Source: Escherichia phage vB_EcoM_JE01. From it: DNA of 64,000 bases. The DNA lies in sequence record PQ471460.1. One strand, written 5' to 3'. Under the pieces are notes generated by a model that was given only the letters and a program-made list of their open reading frames with translations, had not been told where the DNA came from and ran no database searches. The position numbers and the translations under genes were made by a program. Positions within the stretch are counted from its first letter, which is position 1; each line of letters opens with the position of its first letter. This document shows positions 52,436-64,000 of this stretch, one piece after another.

Positions 52436-53053
52436 TTATGCCTTACTAAATTTGCCTTTAGAGTCTCTTTTCATGAGACGACCTTTAATAAATCCGTCGG
52501 GAATAATACCGTCTGGTTGTATTAATTTATTTATTGCTCCATTATTGACCCAAAAAGTTCCTGTGGTAGTCGGTTTGACTTTACATCCTTTTCTGGACTT
52601 TCTATTAAGATGAACCATCCCTTTTACAAATCCTTCTGGAACAAGTTCTCCAGGTTTAATAAAAATATTTTTAGTTCCATTGGTGTAACAAGTTGTACCT
52701 AATACCGTGCCCGGTGAGTTTTCAAATCTCTTAGCGGAAGATTCTTTCATCTTTGCTATAACCTCTGCAGTCATAACAATTCCACCAATTCCACCAGGTT
52801 TCATATTATAATAATTTTTGCTTTTTATTAGTTCAGGAGTTATAATTTCTTCTTCATACATGTACGCTTCTTCGGAAGTTTTAAACTCTTTTAGTATTGT
52901 TCTAGAGAAATTCTTTTCACCATATTTCTTTATAGCCTGCTGAATTGCTTTACCGGAACCAAGGTAGCCATCATTCAAGTCATCAGTAGAGTGTTTTCCT
53001 ATATACTTTTTACCATTTATTAGATTTGTCGTTTCATATACAAAGTGGTACAT
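52436..53053 (-). mobile_element. segE: SegE-like GIY-YIG freestanding homing endonuclease gene
   Basis: 205 aa; N-terminal YHFVYETTNLINGKKYIGKHS GIY-YIG motif; position next to uvsW as in T4. Confidence 0.8.
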
Positions 53054-53102
53054 ACTATTTTCCGAGTAATAAATATATCTATATTTATACTGAGGAAATA
53101 TT

Positions 53103-53783
53103 ATGATAGATAAAGATTATATTGCAGAGCTGAAGGCTCTTGATGATAATAAAGAAGCTAAGGCTAAATTAGCTGAATATGCTGAACAGTTTGGTATAAA
53201 GGTCAAAAAGAATAAATCTTTTGATAATATCGTTATTGATATTGAAGAAGCCCTCCAGAAGCTCGCTAGTGAACCTATGCCAGAGACTGATGGGTTATCT
53301 ATTAAAGACTTAATCAATGCTGCTGATGCCGCAGAGGGATTAAAATATGACGATGAAGAAGTCAATCCAGAAGCGGCACTTCTGATTGATTCTCCGGTTA
53401 AATCTGACATTAAAATTGAAGTAGTAGAAACGGATAAAATTCCCGAAAATACCGATGTTTTGATTGAAGATACTCCTTTTGTTGAAGAAAAATTTGAACA
53501 GGCTGTAGCTGAGATTATTGAATCTGAAAAGCCGTCTGTATTTACTCTTCCGGAAAACTTTAGCCCGAATCTTCAGTTGATTGGAAAAAATCCAGGATTC
53601 TGTACTGTTCCTTGGTGGATTTATCAATGGATTGCTGAAACTCCGGATTGGAAATCTCACCCAACTAGTTTTGAACATGCGTCGGCGCATCAAACTTTGT
53701 TTAGCTTAATTTACTACATTAATCGTGACGGATCAGTTCTAATTCGTGAAACACGTAATTCTTCTTTCGTAACATTAAAATAA
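53103..53783 (+). CDS. hypothetical protein, possibly Inh-like
   Basis: 226 aa acidic protein between segE and hoc; assignment by synteny only. Confidence 0.45.
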   Translation: MIDKDYIAELKALDDNKEAKAKLAEYAEQFGIKVKKNKSFDNIVIDIEEALQKLASEPMPETDGLSIKDLINAADAAEGLKYDDEEVNPEAALLIDSPVKSDIKIEVVETDKIPENTDVLIEDTPFVEEKFEQAVAEIIESEKPSVFTLPENFSPNLQLIGKNPGFCTVPWWIYQWIAETPDWKSHPTSFEHASAHQTLFSLIYYINRDGSVLIRETRNSSFVTLK

Positions 53784-53792
53784 GGATAACTT

Positions 53793-54923
53793 ATGGCTTT
53801 TACAGTTGATATAACTCCTAAAACACCTACTGGAGTTATAGATCAGACTCAGCAGTTTACTGCTACACCCAGTGGTGAAACTGGAGGTGGAACTATTACC
53901 TATGCTTGGACTGTAGACGACGCTCCACAGGAAGAAACGTCAGCAACTTTTAGTTATGTACTAAAAGGACCTGCCGGGCAAAAGACCATTAAAGTAGTTG
54001 CAACCAATCAAGTTGCCGATAGTAGTCCCGAAACAGCTGAAATTAGTACAACTATCACAGTTCAAAATAAGACACAGACAACTACCTTAGCTGTAACTCC
54101 TGATAGTCCTGCTGCTGGAGTGATTGGAACTCCTGTTGAATTTACTGCTGCTTTAGCTTCTCAACCACCAGGCGCATCTGCTACGTATCAGTGGCATGTA
54201 GATGATTCTCCTGTTAGTGAAGCAACTTCCGCTACATTTAGCTATACTCCAACTACAAGTGGAGTAAAAAGAATTAAATGCGTAGCCCAAGTAACAGCGA
54301 CAGATTATGATGCAAAGGAAGTTACTTCTAATGAAGTATCACTGACTGTTAATAAGAAGACAATGAATCCACAAGTTACATTGACTCCTCCTTCTATTAA
54401 TGTTCAGCAAGATGCTTCGGCTACATTTACTGCTAACGTTACGGATGCTCCGGAAGAAGCACAAATTACGTATTCATGGAAGAAAGATTCTTCTCCTGTA
54501 GAAGGGTCAACTAATGTATACACCGTTGATACATCATCTATTGGAAGTCAAACTATTGAAGTTACTGCAACTGTTACAGCAACTGACTATGATAGCAAAA
54601 CTATTACAGCAGAAGGTCAAGTTCAGGTAACTGATAAAGTTGCTCCGGAACCGGAAGGTGAATTGCCTTATGTTCATCCTCTTCCACATCGTACTTCAGC
54701 TTATATCTGGTGCGGTTGGTGGGTTATGGATGAAATCCAAAAAATGACTGAAGAAGGTAAAGATTGGAAAACTGACGATCCAGATAGTAAGTACTACTTG
54801 CATCGTTACACTCTTCAGAAGATGATGAAAGACTATCCAGAAGTTGATGTTCAAGAATCGCGTAATGGATACATCATTCATAAAACTGCTTTAGAAACTG
54901 GTATCATCTATACCTATCCATAA
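53793..54923 (+). CDS. hoc: Hoc highly immunogenic outer capsid protein (Ig-like domains)
   Basis: 376 aa; repeated Ig-like segments and conserved C-terminal capsid-binding domain. Confidence 0.93.
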   Translation: MAFTVDITPKTPTGVIDQTQQFTATPSGETGGGTITYAWTVDDAPQEETSATFSYVLKGPAGQKTIKVVATNQVADSSPETAEISTTITVQNKTQTTTLAVTPDSPAAGVIGTPVEFTAALASQPPGASATYQWHVDDSPVSEATSATFSYTPTTSGVKRIKCVAQVTATDYDAKEVTSNEVSLTVNKKTMNPQVTLTPPSINVQQDASATFTANVTDAPEEAQITYSWKKDSSPVEGSTNVYTVDTSSIGSQTIEVTATVTATDYDSKTITAEGQVQVTDKVAPEPEGELPYVHPLPHRTSAYIWCGWWVMDEIQKMTEEGKDWKTDDPDSKYYLHRYTLQKMMKDYPEVDVQESRNGYIIHKTALETGIIYTYP

Positions 54924-54927
54924 TCTC

Positions 54928-54950
54928 AGGGGCTTCGGCCCCTTTCTTCA
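54928..54950 (+). terminator. rho-independent terminator after hoc
   Basis: AGGGGC-TTCG-GCCCCT followed by TTCTTCATTTT. Confidence 0.7.
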
Positions 54951-55011
54951 TTTTGAAAGCACACAAAACACAATCAGAAAACGATGTATATAATGGCACC
55001 AACTCGATAAC

Positions 55012-55227
55012 ATGAGATTGATTATGAGAACTGAGGTTGTGGTGTTTACACTCCATGAGTCTGGAAAGTCATTCATTGAAATTGCTCGTGAATTGAACTT
55101 ACAGGCAAAGGAAGCGGCTGTATTATGGGCTCGAGCTATGACTGCTAAGAATAAATTTGAGACTCGAGAAAAAGTTGTCTATAGAAAAAGACATATTAAT
55201 AAGAAGGTGAAAAATGGAACAGTATGA
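55012..55227 (+). CDS. hypothetical protein with possible helix-turn-helix
   Basis: 71 aa; …SGKSFIEIARELNLQAKEAAVLW…. Confidence 0.45.
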   Translation: MRLIMRTEVVVFTLHESGKSFIEIARELNLQAKEAAVLWARAMTAKNKFETREKVVYRKRHINKKVKNGTV

Positions 55228-55492
55228 TCTTTATGAAAATGAATCTTTTGCTAATCAATTACGCGAAAAAGCACTTAAAAGCAAACAGTTTAAGCTAGAG
55301 TGTTTTATTAAAGATTTTTCGGAACTTGCTAATAAAGCAGCTGAACAAGGTAAAACATATTTTAGTTATTATTGCACTGCTCGTGATAAATTGATTACTG
55401 AAGAAATTGGTGATTGGCTGAGAAAAGAAGGATTTAGCTTTAAAGCCAATAGTGACCAGCGTGATGGTGATTGGTTAGAAATTACATTTTGA
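55214..55492 (+). CDS. hypothetical protein
   Basis: 92 aa ORF. Confidence 0.45.
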   Translation: MEQYDLYENESFANQLREKALKSKQFKLECFIKDFSELANKAAEQGKTYFSYYCTARDKLITEEIGDWLRKEGFSFKANSDQRDGDWLEITF

Positions 55493-55501
55493 GGATTAAT
55501 T

Positions 55502-56500
55502 ATGTTTAAAAAGTATAGCAGTCTTGAAAATCATTACAATTCTAAATTCATTGAAAAACTTTACAGTTTAGGATTGACTGGCGGCGAATGGGTAGCTCGT
55601 GAAAAGATTCACGGTACAAACTTTTCATTGATTATTGAGCGTGATAAAGCAACTTGTGCTAAACGTACTGGACCGATTCTTCCTGTTGAAGATTTCTTTG
55701 GGTATGAAATTATTCTAAAGAATTATGCTGATTCCATTAAAGCAGTACAAGATATCATGGAAACTTCAGCAGTTGTATCTTATCAAGTCTTTGGCGAATT
55801 TGCTGGACCTGGCATTCAGAAGAATGTCGATTATGGTGATAAAGATTTTTATGTATTTGACATTATTGTTACTACCGAAAGTGGTGATGTGACTTATGTC
55901 GATGATTATATGATGGAATCATTCTGTAATACATTTAAAATGGCTCCACTTTTGGGTCGCGGTAAATTTGAAGAGCTTATTAAATTGCCAAATGATTTAG
56001 ATTCTGTCGTCCAAGATTATAATTTTACAGTAGACCATGCTGGATTAGTTGATGCAAATAAATGTGTTTGGAATGCCGAAGCAAAAGGCGAAGTATTTAC
56101 CGCTGAAGGTTATGTATTGAAACCTTGTTATCCTTCTTGGATGCCTAATGGCAATCGCGTAGCAATTAAATGCAAGAACTCTAAATTTAGTGAAAAGAAA
56201 AAGTCTGATAAGCCTATTAAAGCTAAAGTTGAATTGTCAGAAGCTGATAACAAGCTGATGGGAATTTTAGCTTGCTACGTTACACTGAACCGAGTAAATA
56301 ACGTTATTTCTAAAATTGGAGAAATTAGTCCAAAAGATTTTGGAAAGGTGATGGGACTAACTGTTCAAGATATTTTGGAAGAAACTTCTCGTGAAGGTAT
56401 TACTCTAACTCAAGCGGATAATCCTTCTTTAGTTAAAAAGGAATTAGTTAAAATGGTACAAGATGTACTTCGTCCGGCTTGGATTGAATTGGTAAGTTAA
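55502..56500 (+). CDS. rnlB: RNA ligase 2
   Basis: [20 protein letters not shown]…[11 protein letters not shown]… (KxHGxN ligase motif I). Confidence 0.93.
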   Translation: MFKKYSSLENHYNSKFIEKLYSLGLTGGEWVAREKIHGTNFSLIIERDKATCAKRTGPILPVEDFFGYEIILKNYADSIKAVQDIMETSAVVSYQVFGEFAGPGIQKNVDYGDKDFYVFDIIVTTESGDVTYVDDYMMESFCNTFKMAPLLGRGKFEELIKLPNDLDSVVQDYNFTVDHAGLVDANKCVWNAEAKGEVFTAEGYVLKPCYPSWMPNGNRVAIKCKNSKFSEKKKSDKPIKAKVELSEADNKLMGILACYVTLNRVNNVISKIGEISPKDFGKVMGLTVQDILEETSREGITLTQADNPSLVKKELVKMVQDVLRPAWIELVS

Positions 56501-56506
56501 ATAAAA

Positions 56507-56524
56507 AGGGACCTTTCGGTCCCT
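56507..56524. terminator. bidirectional hairpin terminator between rnlB and gene 24
   Basis: AGGGACC-TTTC-GGTCCCT followed by TTGTTTTATT. Confidence 0.65.
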
Positions 56525-56529
56525 TTGTT

Positions 56530-57813
56530 TTATTCATCAACGATAATTTTTGGTAGCTTAACACCCAATAAAACAGACAGATCTGAACGACCCGCCATTT
56601 TATCCATGTCTCCGCCATCAATTATTCTTGCTTCTTTTTCATCTTTTGCTACAGTGTAAGGATTTGCAGATAAAGCATATCTAACTAATAAACCGATAGA
56701 TGGCTGCAAACTTTCTGGATCAACTACAACTTTAAATGCACCTACATGTTCAGGGTCATCTAAGTCAAGACCTTCTGTATACGGAGCATAGAAAATTGAT
56801 CCAACAATTTCTTTTTCGCCAATATTTTCTACCACGCCAACGATTACATAATCTAATGGGCTGTTAGTATCGCAATAAAGCGGTAAACCATTAGCTAAGA
56901 ACCCGTAGGCATTTTGTGAAAGATATTTATCATCTTCTGGTTTATGTTTTAACCAACCTGATGCAGCAAGAATCGCAGCAGCACGAGCTGAAGCAACACA
57001 GAACGTTGCTGTATAAGTTGATTCTTTTTGGATATGTGAAACCATTTCACATACCATTCGGTATAATGAACGACCGGCTTCAGGTGCAGATGCATAGCTC
57101 AAATCAATGAATCCAGTATCAGTAATTCCTGTAACTTTATATCGTTTTGATACTGTAATCAAAGACTGTAAAATATCTTTATTGATTTCATCCGCCATTT
57201 CAGTTGCAAGCAAATCTTCCAAGAAATTAGGAGCATCGAATCCATTTGCTTCTAAATCTTGTGCCAATTCAACTGTGATGCCAGTTTTAAGTTTACGAGA
57301 TTTAACTGCGGTTTGCCATTTATTAATCTGGAATCTAGCATCCGCAATTTCGCTATCAGAGCTTTCAAATTTGCTCGTTGACGCTGCGTCAGAAAATAGA
57401 CGAACCTTTAAAAGAACAATTGCAATCTGAAGAGCTAATTCTAAATCGCTTTCTTCAATAGTAGCAAATGGTGTATCTTCTAATACTTTATAGACGATAT
57501 TATTGTATTTGAATAAATCGCCTTTATTGAGAGTTAATTTAGACTCTTCTGTTAATTCTGTGATTTGTTCTCGGTCTACATACCCAGCTTCGCCAGCGTA
57601 AGTAGCACCAGTTTTAAAAGTAAATTCGTTATCTGGATTAAGGTATTTGATACCATAAAAAGCAGCAACAGGTTGATTAGTTCTTTGCGTTGCTACAATG
57701 TCAGAATATATTAATTTAGTGGTAGCGCGAGTCAAAGCAACGAGATTTGGGCGACCGATTGAGTTGCTATTCGTTGTGGTTGATTCGCGCAAAAGTTCGT
57801 TGATTTTAGCCAT
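56530..57813 (-). CDS. 24: gp24 capsid vertex protein
   Basis: 427 aa, same length as T4 gp24. Confidence 0.93.
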   Translation of the reverse strand: MAKINELLRESTTTNSNSIGRPNLVALTRATTKLIYSDIVATQRTNQPVAAFYGIKYLNPDNEFTFKTGATYAGEAGYVDREQITELTEESKLTLNKGDLFKYNNIVYKVLEDTPFATIEESDLELALQIAIVLLKVRLFSDAASTSKFESSDSEIADARFQINKWQTAVKSRKLKTGITVELAQDLEANGFDAPNFLEDLLATEMADEINKDILQSLITVSKRYKVTGITDTGFIDLSYASAPEAGRSLYRMVCEMVSHIQKESTYTATFCVASARAAAILAASGWLKHKPEDDKYLSQNAYGFLANGLPLYCDTNSPLDYVIVGVVENIGEKEIVGSIFYAPYTEGLDLDDPEHVGAFKVVVDPESLQPSIGLLVRYALSANPYTVAKDEKEARIIDGGDMDKMAGRSDLSVLLGVKLPKIIVDE

Positions 57814-57841
57814 TGCGCTTTCCTTGTTGAGAGTATATGTT

Positions 57842-57849
57842 TATTTATA
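57842..57849 (-). promoter_or_regulatory. late promoter TATAAATA for gene 24
   Basis: tatttata on + strand about 30 nt upstream of the gene 24 start. Confidence 0.55.
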
Positions 57850-57855
57850 AAAGTT

Positions 57856-57885
57856 GTTTACAGCAAGGTTATCACATGTTACTAT
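57856..57885 (+). promoter_or_regulatory. early-type promoter driving the 23/24 intergenic ORF
   Basis: GTTTAC…18 nt…TACTAT, then GAGGAG SD. Confidence 0.5.
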
Positions 57886-57915
57886 AGACCTATCAAAAAC
57901 ATGAGGAGATTAAAA

Positions 57916-58182
57916 ATGAACAAGTTAAACTTTATTCGTACTACTCTGTCCGCTCTTGATAAAGACATCAAAGCCCTGGTAGAAAAATATGGTTCCAATC
58001 CTAACGGTAATGCAGTGAATGCCCTAGTTAAGAAATATGAAACCATGGCTTATGCTACTGACTTCTGGTGGAACGGTGAATATTCTACCCATACCAAAGA
58101 CAAATCTGGTAACTGGCTGAAAATCCAAGAAAATCGTATTGACTTCCGTGACATCATCAACCGTCGAGTTAAGATTGCGTAG
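57916..58182 (+). CDS. hypothetical 88-aa protein in the 23/24 intergenic slot (moron)
   Basis: ATG 57916 with GAGGAG SD; opposite strand to the flanking head genes. Confidence 0.5.
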   Translation: MNKLNFIRTTLSALDKDIKALVEKYGSNPNGNAVNALVKKYETMAYATDFWWNGEYSTHTKDKSGNWLKIQENRIDFRDIINRRVKIA

Positions 58183-58197
58183 TATAGAAACAAGAAT

Positions 58198-58215
58198 GGG
58201 AGACCGAAGTCTCCC
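58198..58215. terminator. bidirectional hairpin terminator
   Basis: GGGAGAC-CGAA-GTCTCCC. Confidence 0.6.
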
Positions 58216-58231
58216 ATAATAAGGTTATATC

Positions 58232-59797
58232 TTAGATACCTTTAACATATACACGGCGGAAGTAAGCGTTTTTACCAAGGCTATTCAGAATAGAAGGCAT
58301 ACCGCTCTGGATGCGAGAAGCCGGAGCCTGAGCAGCGGATTCTGCAAATGGGTTGATACCGATACCGTAACGAGTTTTGAATCCCATTACTGGTTGGAAG
58401 TTCTTCGGATCGGAACCACGCAGCGGAGTCAGAGCTACATATGGAGCGTAGTAAATACCAGCATCCATTTCGTTCGGACCTTTATAACCTACAGTGAAAT
58501 AATCCTGTTTAGCATACTGGTCGATATATACACGATATTTACCACCCAGAACACCAGCAAATACTGACTTGGTAGTATCAGTGTTAAAGCCGGTAGCCAG
58601 ACCCTGTGCAGCATAAGAAATGCCAGTATCAACTGAAGCCAGAACGTTAACTACGTTACGGGAAGCGATAATGAAGTTACCTTCACCACGACCGGTCTGA
58701 CGAGCAATTTCAACTGCTTCTTTGTCAATCTGGAACAACAGAGCTTTAAAGGATTCACCCGCCCAGCGAGCACCACGAATATCAATCGGATCCTGGAAGT
58801 CAAATACACCAGCTTTAGAACCTGGAGTCAGGGTCATACCAGATTTACCAACCTGAGCTGAGTAGTTAATCCAATCAACAACTTCGCGGTTGATTTCCAG
58901 CATGATTTCGGTAGCTAGAATACCAGACAGTTCAGCATCAGCATCCATACCGTGAACAGCGCGGAGGTCTTGTGCTAATTCGATAGAGTAAGCAGCTTTC
59001 AGCTGGCGAGATTTAGCTTCGATAACTTGTTTATCGATACGGAAGCCCATTTCATTCCATGGGTTATCGGTAGAACCGTTGAAACCTTCCTGAAGTTCAG
59101 CGATAGAAGTAGCCATACCTTCAGCGATTTCTACTAGTACACCAGCTTCCATTTGTTTCTTAATTTCAGCATCTAATTTAGCTGCATCAGTTGCGCTTGC
59201 ACTAATTGTTACTTGAGCAGAAGCCTGCAGATACACAGTACCAGTGTCCTGGAAGAAGTGAGTATAGATATCACCTACTGTGGTTTCTGTGCTAGCAGCC
59301 AGCGCCGGGAATTTCTTAGCAGCACCCTGACCAGAGAACATTGCATCTGGACCATACATTGGGTGGAATGCTTCTTTAGCGCCGGCAGCGATTGGGTCTT
59401 TACCATATACTGCGCGCAGTGCGAATACCTGACCAGTTGGGCTGTTCATCGGCTGAACACCGCAAATATCAAAAGCAATCAGGTTAGGAATAGCACGACG
59501 TACCATACCCATAACAGCTGGGCCAATCTGAGTTACTGCGCCAGAAGTCTGACCAGCAGCGATGTTAGTAGCGTTGTAACCGTGGTCACCACCGATTTCA
59601 GCTTCTGTTAAGAAAGAACCGAACGCCTGAGCGATTTTTTCGTCTTTGTACTCTGGAGCTGTCTGGAAATCTTTTTCCTGGTTTTCAAAGATTTTAGCGA
59701 TAATCGCTTGTTTGCTATTAGCAATTTCCGGTAAACCTTCACCTTCCAGTAATGGCTTCCATTTGTTCAAAAGTTCAGCTTTAGTTTTGATAGTCAT
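58232..59797 (-). CDS. 23: gp23 major capsid protein
   Basis: 521 aa, MTIKTKAELLNKWKPLLEGEGLPEIANSKQAIIAKIFENQEKDFQTAPEYKDEKIAQAFGSFLTEAEIGGDHGYNATNIAAGQTSGAVTQIGPAVMGMVRRAIPNLIAFDICGVQPM…. Confidence 0.97.
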   Translation of the reverse strand: MTIKTKAELLNKWKPLLEGEGLPEIANSKQAIIAKIFENQEKDFQTAPEYKDEKIAQAFGSFLTEAEIGGDHGYNATNIAAGQTSGAVTQIGPAVMGMVRRAIPNLIAFDICGVQPMNSPTGQVFALRAVYGKDPIAAGAKEAFHPMYGPDAMFSGQGAAKKFPALAASTETTVGDIYTHFFQDTGTVYLQASAQVTISASATDAAKLDAEIKKQMEAGVLVEIAEGMATSIAELQEGFNGSTDNPWNEMGFRIDKQVIEAKSRQLKAAYSIELAQDLRAVHGMDADAELSGILATEIMLEINREVVDWINYSAQVGKSGMTLTPGSKAGVFDFQDPIDIRGARWAGESFKALLFQIDKEAVEIARQTGRGEGNFIIASRNVVNVLASVDTGISYAAQGLATGFNTDTTKSVFAGVLGGKYRVYIDQYAKQDYFTVGYKGPNEMDAGIYYAPYVALTPLRGSDPKNFQPVMGFKTRYGIGINPFAESAAQAPASRIQSGMPSILNSLGKNAYFRRVYVKGI

Positions 59798-59815
59798 TTG
59801 TGTTAACCTTTAAAA

Positions 59816-60625
59816 TTAGAAACGAGATGCGACTTTCGCATATACACTTACAATATCTTCTGCACCAGGTGCAGCTTTATCTTCTACAGCTTCAGTGACG
59901 AAATTCAGTCCGGCTGCTTCAGTATCAGGAGTATTTATACCCTCAGTAATAGTGCTTTCATCTTTATTAGACTTCTTCACCATTTCTACGATGGCACTCA
60001 ATTTATTTGAGAATTCATCTGAATAATCCATACCTTCGACCAGAGCAGAGACTTTTTCTTTTTGAGACTCAGTCAGATCTTTAGTACTTTCGCTCAATGC
60101 CACTTCACGCTGCACATAATTGATATATGCGTCACGCTTATTGAGTTCTTCGAACAGACGAGCTGATTCTTCTTTATGTTCTTGCAGCTCTTCTTCCATT
60201 TCAGCCACAACATCAACTGATTCTTCTGGAACAACAACGTTGTGTTCAACAAAGAGCTCTTTTAATCCACCAAGCATGGATTCAAACAGTTCGGCTTTGA
60301 TGCCTTTATCAACTGCTAATTTATTTTCAGCGAGCCATTCTTTCGCAAGATGGTCGATGAATTTAGAAGCTTGCTCAGCGATTTTCTTCTCAGCTTTTTC
60401 TTCGGCTTCTTCTTTATTTTTTTCTACTTCTTCTTCTGCTTTTTCAGCAATTTTAGCGATATGAGATTCAGCTAATTTAACGGCGTGCTGCTTGACGGTA
60501 GCTTCGAATACAGTGCCGAAAGTTTCTTTTGCTTCCGGAGAAATATTAACTGATTCGAAAATACTATCAAGAGCAACGGAAGCATCAATTTTTTGCGCTT
60601 CAGCAATCAGTTGTTCTTTAAGCAT
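59816..60625 (-). CDS. 22: gp22 prohead core scaffold protein
   Basis: 269 aa, highly charged coiled-coil-like. Confidence 0.9.
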   Translation of the reverse strand: MLKEQLIAEAQKIDASVALDSIFESVNISPEAKETFGTVFEATVKQHAVKLAESHIAKIAEKAEEEVEKNKEEAEEKAEKKIAEQASKFIDHLAKEWLAENKLAVDKGIKAELFESMLGGLKELFVEHNVVVPEESVDVVAEMEEELQEHKEESARLFEELNKRDAYINYVQREVALSESTKDLTESQKEKVSALVEGMDYSDEFSNKLSAIVEMVKKSNKDESTITEGINTPDTEAAGLNFVTEAVEDKAAPGAEDIVSVYAKVASRF

Positions 60626-60655
60626 TTTGTAGTCCTGTTGTTTAGATAATAATAT

Positions 60656-61294
60656 TTATAACGCTTTTTTCATGGCCTCTGCGAGAGCCATATAGGCGTC
60701 ATCGGCACTTGTATCGGCTTCCGCCGTCTGTGATTCGGTAATTTCCTTAGGAGTTACCCATGCATCTGGAGCACTTGGACCCCATACTGCATCAACACCT
60801 ACAGTTAATTTGAATCCTTCGTTTACGATACGATAACCTTTATTTGTGTCAGTCAATGAACCTAATCCACGAGAAGAAACTCCTGGAATCCATCCGGCAC
60901 GAATATTAGCTGCTAATTTATCTCCAGGACCGTGGTCACCTTCAATAACACGAGCTCGTCCGTATACGTCATTTCCTTTCCACCACATATCTTCTATAAT
61001 GATAGCGGCTTGCATCGGGTCAACATTAGCGCGTGGAGGATGATTTAATTCTCCGAGAGCTTGTTTAGTTAAAACTTGCTCATTAATATAGTCTTTTACC
61101 GCTTTTTCTAATATGCGTTTTGGATAAAGACGTTTATTTCTATTGACGACTTCTGCTTGCATGAATATTCCTTCGATGTATAAACCAGGTTTTAAACCTA
61201 AGTCTTTTCCATCGTGGGATTCAAGCATTGGCACACCATCAATAATTTCGCCAGGTTGACCCCAAGTTTCAATTAGTAATTGGGGTTCATTCAT
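60656..61294 (-). CDS. 21: gp21 prohead protease
   Basis: 212 aa, [34 protein letters not shown]…. Confidence 0.93.
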   Translation of the reverse strand: MNEPQLLIETWGQPGEIIDGVPMLESHDGKDLGLKPGLYIEGIFMQAEVVNRNKRLYPKRILEKAVKDYINEQVLTKQALGELNHPPRANVDPMQAAIIIEDMWWKGNDVYGRARVIEGDHGPGDKLAANIRAGWIPGVSSRGLGSLTDTNKGYRIVNEGFKLTVGVDAVWGPSAPDAWVTPKEITESQTAEADTSADDAYMALAEAMKKAL

Positions 61295-61719
61295 TAGCTT
61301 AATCCTAATGCTTTACGGCGTTTAAGAGCTTTTTTACGCTTACGCTGAGCACGAGATTGACCTGCTGGATTGGCAATCTTCGTTTTGGTAGCTTTGCGAG
61401 CAATTTGTCTACGTTTTGCTTTAGACAGCCCAGTGGTTTGAAATGCATTACGTTCGCGTGTTTTGCGATCTTTAGTACGTGTAATTTCACCACGAGCTGA
61501 AACGTGCTTAACAATGAATTCATTTAACGGCATGTTTTCATTAATAGAAGCTAATGCAACTGCTAAATCAGTTTCATCATCAAGCATATTCTCGACAATT
61601 GTATTTATATCGTCTTTATTTAAAGCAGAAGACAATTCGTCAAAGCGACCCTGTGCTTCAGGAATAAGTGCTTCGACATTCTCGAGAACTAATTCATGAG
61701 TTTCAGGGATCAGAAGCAT
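61294..61719 (-). CDS. 68: gp68 prohead core protein
   Basis: 141 aa, basic C-terminus. Confidence 0.8.
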
Positions 61720-61960
61720 TATTCATCATCCTCGTCTTCGTCATCTTCGTCAGAGTCTTTGTCTTTTTTGTCGTCTTTATCATCACCGTCTTCGTCATCA
61801 TCCTCGTCTTTAGGTTCTTCACCTTCGATTAAGAAATTACGAGCGATAGCGATTTTTTCTTCTTTAATTAAATCAATCGTTCTTGCAGCCATGGCTTCAG
61901 CAAATAATTTACGAGCGGCTACGAGGTCGTTTGATTTAATAGCTTCAATTAAACCTTCCA

Positions 61961-61961
<1 letters not shown>
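61719..61961 (-). CDS. 67: gp67 prohead core protein with acidic tract
   Basis: 80 aa ending …[33 protein letters not shown]. Confidence 0.8.
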
Positions 61962-63586
<1,625 letters not shown>

Positions 63587-63618
63587 TTAAGCAGGATGGG
63601 GATTTCTCCCCATTCATT

Positions 63619-64000
63619 TTATTCCCAATAATCGAGAGCGAGAGTTACTTCAAAGGTTTGGATTTCATTGTTTGAATCCCAATCTAACTGAAGTTCACCC
63701 ACGTTAGTAGGCCACAGGCCTTTAATTTCGACTTCTTTTGTTACAGTTTTAGCGTCACGAGCATATTGGCGTACAATAGCACTCTTTTTATACTCTGCTG
63801 GTTTTCCACCAGTAATTTCGTTTCCTTGTCCAGCAGCGATGCTTTGCCAGTCAACAAACTTCTGGCGTGCATCATGCGCCTCATCATTCATTACTGTAAT
63901 AGTCCAGTCATCGAATGTACGATCGCCTGCTACGTTAATTTTACGGTTCATAAATCCGACTGGAATTTTTTCTACAATACCAGCTGGTAAAGCAGTGGCT
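63619..64000 (-). CDS. 19: gp19 tail tube protein, truncated at window edge
   Basis: C-terminal part …MNRKINVAGDRTFDDWTITVMNDEAHDARQKFVDWQSIAAGQ…LALDYWE; ORF open to window end. Confidence 0.9.
   Translation of the reverse strand, partial: ATALPAGIVEKIPVGFMNRKINVAGDRTFDDWTITVMNDEAHDARQKFVDWQSIAAGQGNEITGGKPAEYKKSAIVRQYARDAKTVTKEVEIKGLWPTNVGELQLDWDSNNEIQTFEVTLALDYWE

Noticed and set aside
53117-53693. Two - strand ORFs (97 and 117 aa) opposite the 226-aa inh-like gene
   Set aside because: Antisense shadow ORFs; the + strand gene has proper SD and synteny.

Overview
This window is a near-contiguous 64 kb segment of a T4-like (Tequatrovirus-type) myovirus genome, in reverse orientation to the usual T4 map. 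Protein identities were assigned by recognising T4 proteins from memory in the supplied translations; no searches were run. On + the early/middle genes run motA(partial)-arn-asiA, then rnh-dsbA-33-59-32-frd-td(with group I intron and I-TevI)-nrdA-nrdB-denA-rnlA-alc-spanins-pseT-cd-31-rIII-30-two Alt-like ADP-ribosyltransferases, then 26-25-uvsY, inh/hoc and rnlB. On - the late structural genes are t and 38-37-36-35-34 (tail fibre), 54-48-29-28-27-51 (baseplate/tail), uvsW/uvsW.1, segE, and 24-23-22-21-68-67-20 plus partial 19 (head/portal/tail tube). The adhesin gp38 is of the T2/T6 glycine-rich type. Relative to prototype T4 as I remember it, there is no segG (32/59), no mobE (nrdA/nrdB), no nrdB intron and no segD (23/24). 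No rRNA, tRNA, CRISPR array or integrase was seen. Most of the window is well-known core biology; candidate novelty is confined to small accessory insertions: an ORF inserted between frd and td flanked by a direct repeat, a promoter-plus-terminator moron between genes 23 and 24, tandem Alt-like paralogs next to a NADAR-like and a HAD-like gene, extra small ORFs in the alc-pseT-cd blocks, and a duplicated promoter-leader cassette. I cannot show that any of these is truly undescribed without database comparison.
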